Positions 24,530 through 37,197 of a stretch of DNA of 53,613 nucleotides are shown one piece after another. Below the pieces are notes generated by a model, which saw nothing but the letters and a program-made list of their open reading frames with translations, did no database searches and had not been told where the DNA came from. This stretch comes from Nemertoderma westbladi (taxonomy: Eukaryota > Animalia > Xenacoelomorpha). Numbering within the stretch: position 1 is the stretch's first letter; each line of letters begins with the position of its first letter. A program made the position numbers and the translations under genes. The DNA lies in NCBI GenBank assembly GCA_032718475.1, contig JAUCBJ010008771.1, forward strand, positions 1-53,613. Reading direction: 5' to 3'.

Positions 24530-24869
24530 CTTAAATTAATGAAGAAATGAATTTATTTAAAACATAATTCAATAATAAAATTAGGGATTTCGAAATTAGA
24601 TTCTTGGATATTTGATTTATACAATGATGTTATATTAAAACCATATAAAAATTATTTTAACATTAATATTACTATACTAACTTATACACTACATTAATAT
24701 TACTACTAATATTACTATTTAATATTAATTATTTAGAGTTCTGATTTTTTGTTCATTTATGAATTAATAACTAATCTAATAAATAATATAAATTGCCAAC
24801 ACATTCCAAAGAATTATCCGCACAAAAAAACATTTCCAGCAAAAACAATCTACTACCACCTGCTTGCAT

Positions 24870-26100
24870 ACTAGGATCGGCATGCTGCATTGCAGCTGCA
24901 TTTTTAAGAATGCTGTGCAGGCTTGTCGACAAAATTGCGCCACCACAACTCCTTATCACCCATGACATTTGCTAGATCATCCGCATCTTCAAGGTCAGTG
25001 TCCTTTAAGATGCGTCTCAAGAAAGTCATGGGCTGTCCACCATGCTTATTCACTCCATGAGGCTGCCAAAGCACAAGATTATGCACTGGCTGGTCCTCAC
25101 GGCGAAAGCAATGTCCTTCAAAGCAGTCTTCCAAGTCCTTCCATTCTTGGGGGAACCAATAAGACACCTCCAATATTATATAGTGTCTGGTTGGAGATGT
25201 GTGCATTGTACTTGACACAATGAACCCGGCGTAGCATTCTTGTGAATGTGACATCAAGATATTTGGTGTCCTCAGCAGTTAGAGCCCAGCATAGACTCCC
25301 ATAGAGGAGTACTGGAACTAGTGCTGCTCTAAATAATCGGACCTTAAGTTTCCGATTAATTCTCTGTGACTTCCAAATCCTGGAAAGCCTATTCAAGGCT
25401 GTCCATGCCTTTCCCTTACGTATTCGAAGGTCCTCACCTGACTCCGGATCCATGATCCCAGGTAACAGAAGTCGTCCACATGCTCAAGCATACCATTCTT
25501 TGAGCTTATGCTCATCCGATCAGAGACTTGTTGAGGACTTTCAAAGTTAACTGTCAAAATTATGTTTTTTTGGAGTTAATAAAAAGACCAACACTAGAAG
25601 CAGCCTGTTCTAATGAGCTGAGGAGCCGTTGGGCTCCCTCTAGTGATTCTGAGAGTAATCCTAAGTCAACAGCAAAGTCTAGATCAGTTAGGTACTTGTC
25701 AGGATTTCCTCGACTTCTGGAGCCAGTAGGTGGAGTTACCATCACCCCTTCTTCATTGTGATGATCTTAGGACATGCATATAACATAGTCAACCATAATT
25801 ATGGAATGGCGCAAGTGTGTCTCCCTGGAGGACGCCCCATAACACTTCAAATGGTTCTGTGTCACCGTCAATAGTAGACACAAATGTTGTTGAACCATCG
25901 TATACTGATCTGATTGCTGCTATAATTTCATCAGGAATCCCATATAATGAAAGTATGCTGAACATACGTGAGCGAGAGACTGAATCAAAGGCCTTGAAGA
26001 AGTCAACAAAGATAACATCCAGATAGATGCCTGTCTTTCTTTTTTGATAACTCTTCAATTATCCTTCTAAGTGCCAAAATGGGCTGTATGGTCCCATGAC
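24870..26100 (-). mobile_element. RTE-clade LINE, 5'-truncated, with degenerate RT (copy 3)
   Basis: FVDFFKAFDSV, GVLQGDTLAPF, DLDFAVD, KVRLFRA..VPVLLYGS..W. Several frameshifts. Confidence 0.9.
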
Positions 26101-26780
26101 CTTTACGTGCATAGACCTTTGCTTGCATAGAAATGTATGGCAGCTTGTATGACAACTACGCTCGTATTCCTGTGTATAATTATTCTTATATCAGGAACCT
26201 GTGTCTAAAGCCTACTCTTTTCTTGTTGTTATTGTCTAAATCTATATCACCTAGAGGTTGAAGGTACGAGCCTAAATTTTTTTTTAAACTTTTCTTGTGA
26301 ATTTCATTTTTGGTTAACCATTAATAATATTGTTCCCCCGTGTAATAAACTCACAATGTTTAATGTAATTTCGATACAGGGAAACATTCATAATACATTG
26401 TTTAACATAATAATTATAAAAAGCTATTTGTTTATTACTTAATTATGTATGAAAAGCAGGTCTACAGTGAAACTCTGTGATAATATTGTCAGAAAAGTTC
26501 AAAGTGCTACTTTTTGAGTGAAAGTAAAAGTGACTCGTAACGTGCCAATGTCAAGTTGAACATCCGTTCTTGTTCTGCGGGGGCCATTGCATTATAAAAT
26601 GCACATAGAAATTGTGCCAACAATTAACACTGGTTGACTTGATCAAAATTATCCCAGCATAGCTGGCTCAAAAGCTCTATTCTTTCAATTTCTTCCAAAC
26701 AATCTTTAATAATTATTAAGTAATTTAAACACGACTTAGGATGACGTACTCTATAGCAAATGGAGCGGAAAACATGACTT

Positions 26781-26852
26781 CGCCACCAGCAGGGATTTAA
26801 CCCGCGTCTCCCGATAAACGTTCAGGTATGCTAACCACTACACCACGGAGGC
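26781..26852 (-). other. tRNA-derived sequence (left arm), not a canonical tRNA
   Basis: A box TGGTGTAGTGG, degenerate B box GGTTAAATCC, stem CCTGA/TCGGG with non-canonical loop ACGTTTA, mismatched acceptor stem. Confidence 0.75.
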
Positions 26853-26900
26853 TCCTGCATCTTTCCGATTGAGTTGCTATAGATCTGGAAGCTACTGTAC

Positions 26901-28083
26901 TGTAAAAGCTTTTGGGGGATAACTGATACGTTTGCCTTTGCTGGCCAGTTCCCCCCCGGTCGCTAGAATACTCTCAAAGGGATTTATAACTAAAATAGTG
27001 CAAGCTACCAGCTTATTGGCTGATGTGCTGTACGGAGATATCTGGGCTCAGTTTAATCGGCCAACTAGCTTAGGGAGGTTGCCTCTGCCCTGCTGTCCGT
27101 GTCGGCCAATAGAATTTGAGTGGGCGTTGATTTCGACCTATCCCAGAGCTACTGAACTGAATTTCCTATCTCTATGCTCATCCTCTGTGTTGAACGGGAG
27201 CTTCGTGGAATAAGGGTAGTTGGTATCTTCATATAGAGCAGTAGTCACATGTTTCTGTTGTTGTGTTCCCATTTTTCGCCATAACACCGGCTTTTGGAAC
27301 AACTCTAGTAAAACTGCTTAGATTATAGAAAGTATAACTGTTACCGGCGGTGTTACCTCACTTAATTTAACTGCACTAATCATATTGTTTGTACTGCTAT
27401 TTACCGTCAGTTATTAATTGTATCGATTTGTTGATGAAATATTGTCATTTGGAGAATATTGATAAATCACCCAAATTTCCCAATTTCTTGATACACTACA
27501 GGTTAGAGAGACAGGCTATATATAACAATTGCGATTTATATCAATGTGGTGTGTATTGAATCTAATGTTATTTAGTAGACACTACCTGAGTCAATTGCTG
27601 TTCTCTTTATGTGTGATCAAATATACTGACGGTCGGCAGAATAGTGTGCATGATTGTGAGTGTGATGTGACTGGTAACAAAGCATTTCCTAAAGAATGCG
27701 ACTTATACTTTAATCATAAGCCTTATCGTTGCGTTTAGTATAAGTCATAGCTCTGTTTAAATAGATAGAGCGCCACGTCCTAAAGGAACTGTTAATATTT
27801 CCCGAAAGTTAATAATATCTGTCAGAAATTACATATTAGCGATCAATCGAATAATACAGTAGGCTTACACTGCAACCTTACACTGCAATAATAAAATCTA
27901 AGCATCCGAATTCAGCCTCCCGGGTGTAGATCCATCGGGTGAATGATCGCGCATGGGCTGGCTTCGGCTAATGTTTTGTTTATTAGCATAAAATATTGTC
28001 GTATGCTAAAGGTGTGTTAATTAACTAAAAGACATATAAATTTTGGCAGGTTAAACTGCTAAAGGTCTTCAAAAGCGCGAACA
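26901..28083 (+). repeat. 5' LTR of element 2
   Basis: Direct repeat of 38505-39687 (offset 11604). Contains TATATAA (~27520) and AATAAA (~27890). Confidence 0.95.
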
Positions 28084-28344
28084 GTAACAGTTAACGATCT
28101 TATTGCAGTAGGCAATAAGGTTGCAAAATACCGTAGTAACCGGTATTTCTGTAGGTCTGTAGGCCCAACTGTCCTAACCGGTACTGCTGTATAAGTACAT
28201 TAGTATTATTCGAATTTGATTATTGTATACCGGTAGGTCTTAGTACTTAATCAGGGACTGCAGCCCTGAAATTTTATTGAGATTCTACTTATTTCTGTCG
28301 GTTTTATTTACTAGTAGGCTAATATTGAGCAGAAGGCGTGTGAC

Positions 28345-28930
28345 CCTGCTCAGATTGTTCAGATAATTGTAGGCTGAGCTGCTGTCTGACTGTTGTTGAG
28401 TTTGGAGAGATTACGGTGTGTGTAGAGTTGGTCTGATAAAGTGCCGTTAGTAAGTTGGGGCAGCCATATGCTGAAGGTCAATCCCCTCTTAAAGAATAAG
28501 TCGTACTACCGTGTTAGAACGCATACTAATTAACAGTTTCAGAATCTGCATATACTGTAGTTTATTTAGGCTTGATCGTAGTCTGCCAGTGTTTTAGCCT
28601 GTGTTTGTTTGTGTGGTCTGTTCAGGTACCGTGATAGTTATTACTCAGATATTTTGTAGGCTGGATTGTTGTCTAGCTATTCTTAGGCCTGAAGGGATTG
28701 CTGCGTGTGTAGAGTTTGTCTGATCAAGTGCCGTTAGTAAGTTGGGGCAGCCATATGCTGTAAGGTCAATCCCCTCTTAAAGAGTAAGCCATACTACCGT
28801 GTTAGAACGCATACTAACTAACAGTTTCAGAATCTGCACATACTGTAGTTTGTTTAGGCTTGATAGTAGTCTGCCAGCGTTTGGTTTGTATTTTTGTTTG
28901 AGTATTCTGTACGGGTAGCGTAATATTTAT
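28345..28930 (+). repeat. ~287-bp diverged tandem duplication in the 5' leader of element 2
   Basis: GTGCCGTTAGTAAGTTGGGGCAGCCATATGCTG at 28441 and 28728. Confidence 0.8.
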
Positions 28931-30108
28931 TATTCAGAGTTTATGCGATTATTCGCAACATTCATGTCCCCAAGTTTATTCCTACAGTAATTGTGTTTGT
29001 TACACATACCGTTATAGTTAAATTAACCCCGGTACTACACGGGCTGCTTGGCGTAGGTAAAGACTGGTGACTTTGTGCTTCGGTCACTCCAGCAGATGCC
29101 GTGGTTCTTTTAACTGTTCAAGTATATTTAACTGCTGATTATTTGTTATACCAGTACTTGTACCTAATTTAGGGTTTAGTGTACAGTGCTTTCCGAAGTA
29201 ATTAGTGTGTAGGCAGTATATTTGTGTTGTAAAGTGGTTAATAGGCACGCTGGATCTGGTAGTCCGCGGTAATTAACTTCTAGGTAGGAACAATCCGTGA
29301 TACATAACGTAGTACCTATAGCGATACGGTTATAGGTCGTCAGGCGGTGGTATTTTCCTATCTGGACAACGCAGTGTATTTACTACTACTTATTATTTTC
29401 AAATACCGTAGTACCCTGTCCATTGTAATAACCAGAATTCTAACCCTTTGTTAGGCTGGTTTGTAGACTTCCTGTAAAATTACCCTAAAAATTCGTACGT
29501 AATATTTTGTTGTTGTGTTTAATTAGAGATTTAATCTCACTCGTATCGTAAGTAATTTGTAGATAAGTAACTTAGGCCAGTAGAATTATCTGTTTTAGTG
29601 TCTCAATAAGTAACACTTCACTGAGAGCGCACAGCTTCTGTGTAGTGACTCCCCCAGAAATAATAACATTTATTTCAAATATTGACAAAAACCCATTTTA
29701 AACGGGTATATAAATATTATAAATCAACTCAAACGATTTATAAATAGTAGGCCTGCCATACAACAACTAGGTCTCAATATCAGTTGGACTACTGCTTAAA
29801 TAACAGTAATAAAGTAAGTTAAAGTAACCAAGTAACCCTAAAATATTCAGAAATTCAATTATTCTAAAATAATTGACATACCAGTATTTACCATAGGCTT
29901 ATTATATTTATTTCTATAAATTTGTGCTAAAATTATATACCGGTACTCTGTGACAAACCTAGTTTACAATACTTATATATACTATAAGTGTATACCGGTA
30001 TTCTAATATATTGTAATTAATTACCGGTACTAGGCTAACAGTGATACTGAATTACTAGACTTGCTTTGACTGTAATATAGCAGTAGGCATTCAACTGTAC
30101 AATCAAAC

Positions 30109-33100
30109 ATGTCTGACACAAAACGGGCACTGTCAGATAGTTCGGATCCCCTTCTCATCCTTCCTGTAGCCGTACTCAAAAGGGTATTGATTGCGGTGGA
30201 GGAGCACCAGATGGATTGGGCGAAAAGTGAGCGATCGACCAAGGATAGTTATGCGGGATACACGAAGGAGGAACTGAAGTCTATTGTCGAGACGCAATGG
30301 AATTTCCCCGGACCCGGACTCCCGTTTAACTTATCGAAAGCTGGCTGGGAGGACTTATACAGGATGGGAGTGGTATGGAACACTAGGGATTCGGCTATGT
30401 GGAAGGGGTCGGTAGCAGAATATGCACAGAGATTCTTCAGCTCTCTGCGGCGATTGGAGGAGCAGCTGTTTCAGCGGCCTTACGGACCTCGGGAGAAGGA
30501 AGAGCTGCTTTATCAAGTTCGCGAACGAGTTCTGTGGATCAGACTAATTCTTTCAGCCTATAAGAAAGTCTCAAGGATAAGCCAAGATACGTCGTTGCGG
30601 GTCGCCGTAAAGACTTTGTTCTGGCGTGTGAGTCTTAAAGTCCAAGCAACGACTCAATGGAAAGCTCTGCTAACCGAGCACATGACCCAAGGAGAATCAA
30701 CAGACGCCGTCTTTTCTCAAGTGGAAGGCGAAGCGACGGCAGAGAAACCTCAGAAGAAGGACGCAAGCGTTACGTCACCTGATGAAGGCGATACCACTGA
30801 TCCTGAAGGCGGAGGAAATAGATCTCGTTCCAACAGACGTAGAAGAATGCCTCACCGTCAGAAATTGCCTAATCTGCCCCCAGCTGGGAGAAGGCAACTA
30901 GCTAGCACAGACTTAGGTAGTACAGAACCCACAGACCAAATTATTACAGTAGAAAGACTCCCTACTGTAGTAGATGAGCCTGAAATAATTAGGCCTGTTC
31001 TTGAAATCACCCCTTCGGTGATAGAGACACCTGTGCTCCCAGAAACTGCCTATAAATTCCCTTTGTACAGTACTAAACTACCTGTGCCCAGTAGGACTGT
31101 TCCCGAGTCCGAACCCGTCCTGGACGCCGAGCGAGAGATCAAGAATTTATCGCCCGTCGTCTCTCGCTCGCCCGCTACTACGTTGGCGACTCCCGCTTCG
31201 GCGGTTGAGTGGGTAGCTGAGGGACGACGGGAGATGGGTCTCCTGCTCGAGCAGCTGAGGGAACACTGTTTGTGCTCCTCTCAGCAAGTCCGGGAAATGG
31301 AAGAGACTGTTCAGCAGCTCAAGGGAACAGTAAGGGAAAGTAGGTTAGAGTTGCAAAAAGTGCAGCAAAGTATCGCACTAGAATGCGACAAATTAGTCAA
31401 CCTACAAAAGGGAATACCAATAACCCCTGTAACAGTGTGTCAGCCTGTTAGGTCTGAAGTATTACATGCGCAAGGTGTGGAGCCTACACGCATCTATACT
31501 GCTAGTGAAGTAGAAACTCCTATAGCAAACCCTATTAAGGGTGATTATACGCCTGTTGTTAATGACATTCCCAATAGACCTGATAATAATCCGAGAAATT
31601 TATATACCGATAACTCGATATTCAATAACACGATGGCCCAAGAAAGTTTTACGCGTCAAATGGCTAGAACCGAAGCCCGTCAAGCGGTAAAGGTTGGAGA
31701 GATAGTCAAGTTCAATGGAGATGAGATGAAATGGTTACCTTTTAATGAATATTATAAAGATAACATACAGAACTCTGTGTTATCCAACGGAGAGAAACTT
31801 AGATTCCTCATCGAGTGCTTGGAAGGACCTCCCAAGTCAATGGCGTTAAAATTTATTGGACATCCAGATGGATTAAGACAAGTTTGGGATACACTAAACA
31901 TCAGGTATGGTAATAGGAATAACATAGCTAGGTATTTATATGCGAAATTAATGGCCCCCCGAAAGTTTCTTAGCAGCGGGATTATAGAGTTTTCCGATGA
32001 GATTCAGGAGATCTGTAGACAACTAGATTGGTTAGGTAAGTCTCATGAATACCAGAATTATATGGTTGTAGGAGCCTTAGCATCTACTTTGCCCAAGGGT
32101 GGAGTAGGTACACGCTGGGACAAGAAGGTGTTATATACGATGGAACAACAACAACGAGACCCTACCATGGCTGATCTCGTGTCATTCTTGGATGGCGAGG
32201 TGAAATTACAACTCCTAAAGCAATCCAGAGAGAAAACACCGGAAAATAAGGTAAGTGAGAAACCCGTTTCTAGGAGAAGAGTAACACCGGTGTGTTATAC
32301 TGATGACGGCGAAAGCCAAGCTTCTCAAGAAGAAGACAGCGGGAAAGACGCCGAGAAATTTTACTATGTTAACAAGACCTCAAAGGACGTAAGTAAATCT
32401 AAAGCTCGAACCCATGACAGGAGAGAACAGGTTGCTAAGACTCCTCTTCAGTTTCCTAACAGAGTACACGGAAGAAAGCCCGAAGAAAGAACTAGAGTGC
32501 ATAACGTCACCCAAAATAAGGTGAGTAACATTAAACCCAACTGTGCGCTGTGCGACGGGCCCCACCGTTTGAGTGCGTGTGCGGAATTCCTAAAGAAATC
32601 CCTTGTAGACAGACGTACAGTTGTGTGGGACAAGCGGTTATGCTATAATTGCCTCAGACGCGGACACCAGCGGCGAACCTGTTACTCCGACATAAAGTGT
32701 GCAAAGTGCGGTGCGAAACATCACATCTTGTTACAAAGTGAATTCGAACGAAACAGCCCGAGTCAGGTAAGTGAGCCCAAATCACATGTCCAATTCAGTG
32801 ATGTGAACGACACTGACCAAAGTTCTGAGTGGGAAGGATTCTATACGGACGAATTCTCCGACGCCAACGAATCCTGTTACCTAATAAATACCGCAGTGTA
32901 TCGAGCACTTACTTACGAAAAGGACACCGACAATGAGTTCTCCCCAACTAACTTTGACAGACAACCATCCTGGAAACCTTCAACTTCCAACGTAGGAATC
33001 AGAGAATTTCCTGTAGTGCAGGTAAGAGTTCAGGGTCCTAACAAAAGTTACATAGTGAATGCCCTCCTTGACTCCGGCAGTACAGGAACATTCATCGATC

Positions 33101-33975
33101 AAGAACTAGCCGAAGACATCTTTGCTGGACAACCCAAATTCCGAACTAAGTTAAATATGTCAGGAGTTATACAGGTTTGGAAATCTACCATAACGGCAGA
33201 TTACTATGTAGGTGCGTTGTCCACCCCACAGGATAAATTAGGAGAACAAAGTATAAGGTCAGTAAAAATGGTAGCTATAAAGAACTTCGCTAATACCCAA
33301 GTAGAGCCTTATAACTGGAACGAGGACAAGAGCATCCAACAACTTAAAATACCTCGATTCCAGACGGATTATCCTGGAGTGCAAATACTTATCGGCCAAA
33401 ACGCGCACGAGGCGCTCGAGACATTGGAAAAACGACCTGCTCAACCGCAGCCACTACAAACCTATGCGGTAAGAACTAGAGTAGGTTGGTACTTTACTGG
33501 CCCTTCCCGCAGAACTCTCGAAGAGAGACTACCACCAGAAAGAATATGCCAGATAAATGGTTGGGAAGTGGAGAGCAGTGAAGTGGACGAACTAACTGAG
33601 GGAACACCATACTCCTCAGATAATGACGATATTAACTCCAATGAAGATCAATGGAGACATCGCCCCGAGATGATTAATCTAGCCGACATCGCTTCCAGAG
33701 GAGCGACTCCTCAAGAACGGATAGATACTCCCGGCTGGTTAGGTGGACCCGACTCCCTAAGTAAAGAAGAAGATGAATGGCCTCCCCACCTTAACCCGGC
33801 TGAGATTAGACAGGCCAAGGGAGCGGAGAAAGTAACACGACAACCCAATCACCCAGCTGGTCGTTTATGTTTACTGGAAAGAGACCAAAAACTGTCCGGA
33901 AACTATGGAAGGCAAGATACTCTTCCTACGACCACTTCCCTAATCCGACAAATATCTAGGGACTCCATAACATAA
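30109..33975 (+). CDS. BEL-type Gag-protease polyprotein with long N-terminal extension and only vestiges of RNase H and integrase
   Basis: KFNGD..W..F...LRFLIECLEG...RYGN (DUF1759-like), three zinc knuckles, ALLDSGS protease, WRH..NLADIASRG..W.GP..L (RNase H tail), RLCLLE (integrase tail). No RT motifs. Confidence 0.92.
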   Translation: MSDTKRALSDSSDPLLILPVAVLKRVLIAVEEHQMDWAKSERSTKDSYAGYTKEELKSIVETQWNFPGPGLPFNLSKAGWEDLYRMGVVWNTRDSAMWKGSVAEYAQRFFSSLRRLEEQLFQRPYGPREKEELLYQVRERVLWIRLILSAYKKVSRISQDTSLRVAVKTLFWRVSLKVQATTQWKALLTEHMTQGESTDAVFSQVEGEATAEKPQKKDASVTSPDEGDTTDPEGGGNRSRSNRRRRMPHRQKLPNLPPAGRRQLASTDLGSTEPTDQIITVERLPTVVDEPEIIRPVLEITPSVIETPVLPETAYKFPLYSTKLPVPSRTVPESEPVLDAEREIKNLSPVVSRSPATTLATPASAVEWVAEGRREMGLLLEQLREHCLCSSQQVREMEETVQQLKGTVRESRLELQKVQQSIALECDKLVNLQKGIPITPVTVCQPVRSEVLHAQGVEPTRIYTASEVETPIANPIKGDYTPVVNDIPNRPDNNPRNLYTDNSIFNNTMAQESFTRQMARTEARQAVKVGEIVKFNGDEMKWLPFNEYYKDNIQNSVLSNGEKLRFLIECLEGPPKSMALKFIGHPDGLRQVWDTLNIRYGNRNNIARYLYAKLMAPRKFLSSGIIEFSDEIQEICRQLDWLGKSHEYQNYMVVGALASTLPKGGVGTRWDKKVLYTMEQQQRDPTMADLVSFLDGEVKLQLLKQSREKTPENKVSEKPVSRRRVTPVCYTDDGESQASQEEDSGKDAEKFYYVNKTSKDVSKSKARTHDRREQVAKTPLQFPNRVHGRKPEERTRVHNVTQNKVSNIKPNCALCDGPHRLSACAEFLKKSLVDRRTVVWDKRLCYNCLRRGHQRRTCYSDIKCAKCGAKHHILLQSEFERNSPSQVSEPKSHVQFSDVNDTDQSSEWEGFYTDEFSDANESCYLINTAVYRALTYEKDTDNEFSPTNFDRQPSWKPSTSNVGIREFPVVQVRVQGPNKSYIVNALLDSGSTGTFIDQELAEDIFAGQPKFRTKLNMSGVIQVWKSTITADYYVGALSTPQDKLGEQSIRSVKMVAIKNFANTQVEPYNWNEDKSIQQLKIPRFQTDYPGVQILIGQNAHEALETLEKRPAQPQPLQTYAVRTRVGWYFTGPSRRTLEERLPPERICQINGWEVESSEVDELTEGTPYSSDNDDINSNEDQWRHRPEMINLADIASRGATPQERIDTPGWLGGPDSLSKEEDEWPPHLNPAEIRQAKGAEKVTRQPNHPAGRLCLLERDQKLSGNYGRQDTLPTTTSLIRQISRDSIT

Positions 33976-35831
33976 TAACATATGGAGTGGGTGTGTGACT
34001 ATATCATTTTATATTTGTTTTTTATTTTATATTTATGTATGTATTATTACGTAATTTTATTATAATCGTTTTCTTTAATTTTATTTAGTAGAATGTTATT
34101 TTAGCGATTATTTAGTAAATTAGTGCAATATATTAGTGTTTATTACGTACTTAATTACTTATAATATATTTAGTGCGACGGCAAGAAATAATTATTTTTC
34201 TCTTTCCTTACTGTCCGTATTATATTATAAATGCAAGACTATAGTAAGATGACATGTCAGTACTTATTAAAGTACAATAAAGCCACTACTATATTTAAGT
34301 ATTATTGGTAGGCAGAGTATTAGGAATGCAAAGTTCAGATCCTCGAGTCTCGGCTAAACCAAGCTCTGGGTAGACCTTGGAAACGACTTGCCTCTTCACA
34401 CTGACATTGCTTCGTGCGATATTGCTCTTCTACCTTATAACAAATAATACATATAGTAGCGTGATGTCCCTCTAACAGTAGCGTAAAACGCAAATAAAGC
34501 TGTTAAACCTTTTGACCATCTGTAATTCTAGTCGATTAAGATATCGTGGCACCCACCGATATACTTGAAAGACAAATTCTAGAATCAGTGGTTAACGTCC
34601 CCAGACAAGTTCTGGAATAAATCGGTGCCCATCCAAAAATATTAATTTAATATTTATTAAAATCTGTAAAATTCCGATCCTTTAAAATTTCTAGTCAATT
34701 AAGATATCGCAGCACTTACCGATACTCTTAAAAGGACGATTTTATAGAATTAAGGATCCTAAGTCCCCAGATATGCTCTGGAATAAAATTTGTGCCAATT
34801 TAACATCAAATAATAAAATTCGAGGGAATAAATTTAAATTCATATTCAAATGAATTTCATAAATTGTCATTTTGTGCAATTTGTAACATTCCCAAAATTT
34901 CAGTAATTAATAGATCATGGGAGCGGAGATTCATATTGAGTGTATTAGAGTGCGAGAATCTCCAACATATAGTCAATAGCCGATAAAATTTATAAAATCA
35001 TGCATAAAGAGGATATTGACAATTAAAGAATTACTATTAAATAGCATCCCAGATCTGTATGCATGAGAATTACCCTAATTCTACCGCTAGTTTTCCATAA
35101 TGTCACCATGGCAACACCCACGCTAGAATTAGAAGCAAGTTAAAGGAACAATAAAAAGCTTGCCCCATTGCGTAGCATAAGAGAATACATAGCGCACTAT
35201 TAGTATCCAAGGATACATAGTAATAACGTGACATTCTGGAAGACACTGACTAACGGACAAAATGGCCTGCATGTGTGCAGTAAGTAATGATTGTATGGAA
35301 TTTGTGCGTTTATAGGAGAATGTTACTACTAAAGTGTGTTTACAGTAGCTAATCGCAATTGTAAGGTAGCCCTAACTCTACCGAGATAACCTCAAGTGGA
35401 TTCAAGCCTTTGGGACGGACAGTGGTGGGACTTGTGCCGGTTATCGTTGTCGTGCTGTTGCTACATGTTGGCGTAAACACTGCGACAACGGTACATCGGC
35501 GCTGAGAAACCCACTGTCCGGGGGGCAAAGCCTAGTAGGCAGCGACGCCCGCTTGCCTGAAATATTAACTCATATTGATATTAATAAACTCAGATAGCAG
35601 ATATGACGGAATTGATAGAAGATGACCTTGGTATTAGAGAGCGATATACTCTACCTTTACAAGCGTTTGTGGATAGTTTGATACGCGGTGAAGCCGATCC
35701 GACTATTACGGAGGACGATGGTCGTTATATCGAACCGCCGATGTCCCAGGAACAACTTACGCGTGAATTGGACTATAGAAAATTCACCACTCGCTATACG
35801 AATCGTAATGGTACGAATATGGACTTCTTAA

Positions 35832-37197
35832 CCGTTACAGGACTGGGCTATTTTCCGTGCACCAGGACTGGGGGGGGGGTTGATTCCACCCCCCCTTCCA
35901 TTTTGGATAATTACAGGCCATTTTTTTTAAAAATTGGTAGTAATGTGAAAAAATAAATACCTAGCTCGTGTGTGATAAAAAATTATATTTTCGAGTTATG
36001 GGTGGCACCGAAACGGCACTTTTCGTGCACCCACTGAAAAAAATAAACTTTCAGTAAAACAAGTCAAAAAGTTACTTTCCGCCCGGTTTTATGGGTTTTC
36101 GACCCCACTGAATCCTACCTGATGGTCCATATCGTCTCATAATGTTGATTTATGCCATTTTTTAGAAGCACCCAAATTTGAAATTTTCATGCCGCACCCA
36201 CTTCTAGGATCCCCCGAAAAATACCATCCCACTTGTCTGTGACATCTATCTATCGGTCTAAATCGATTCAGCGACCTCGAAAACCTTTGTACACAGAAAA
36301 TTGACCTTTGGAAATGTGTACTATTGAAAGTGAAAATTTGAAATTTTCGTGCCGTACCCACTTTAGTAGGACTCCCCGAAAAATACCATCCCACTTGTCT
36401 GTGACATCTATCTATCGGTCTAAATCGATTCAGCGACCTCGAAAACCTTTGTACACAGAAAATTGACCTTTGGAAATGAGTACGATTGAAAGTGAAAATT
36501 TGAAATTTTCGTGCCGCACCCACTTTTGAAGGACTCCCCAAAAAATACCATCCCACTTGTCTGTGACATCTATCTATCGGTCTAAATCGATTCAGCGACC
36601 TCGAAAACCTTTGTACACATAAAATTGACCTTTGGAAATGAGTACGATTGAAAGTGAAAATTTGAAATTTTCGTGCTGCACCCACTTTTGAAGGACTCCC
36701 CGAAAAATACCATCCCACTTGTCTGTGACATCTATCTATCGGTCTAAATCGATTCAGCGACCTCGAAAACCTTTGTACACAGAAAATTGACCTTTGGAAA
36801 TGTGTACTATTGAAAGTGAAAATTTGAAATTTTCGTGTTGCACCCACTTTTGTGGGACCCCCAAAAAATGTATTCAGGGAAGTTTTGACGTAAAATGGAC
36901 ACCATTGTTCGATTCGGTATACCAAAAAACCTTTATAAACGAGAAACTGGCTGACAACATCAATCCTTTCAAAAGTTGCAAATTTTAGCTTGAAAAGTGC
37001 TGACATGTGTTTTTTTACACCCCCTATAACTCGAAAACTAACAGAGCTATAAAGTTCTCGTTTTTTTTGTGAGATTCAGAGATAAATTTAGGAAAACTCA
37101 GGAAATTTCAGCTTACTGCGATCAGTGCTTCTGCGCAGATCACTAGATAAACTTAAGGGGGGGTGGATTCAACCCCCCCCCCCCAGTCCTGTAACGG
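35832..37197. mobile_element. piggyBac-like non-autonomous element
   Basis: TTAA TSD (35828-35831, 37198-37201), TIR CCGTTACAGGACTGGG / CCCAGTCCTGTAACGG. Confidence 0.88.
36175..36870. repeat. 162-bp tandem array (~4.3 near-identical copies)
   Basis: ATACCATCCCACTTGTCTG at 36221, 36383, 36545 and 36707. Confidence 0.95.

Noticed and set aside
26932-27738. 93-aa and 69-aa ORFs duplicated at 38536 and 39133
   Set aside because: They are duplicated only because they lie in the LTRs, start at TTG and have no motifs.
36137-37006. 289-aa repetitive ORF, and a possible CRISPR-like array
   Set aside because: Artefact of a 162-bp (54-codon) tandem repeat. There are no unique spacers and the context is eukaryotic.
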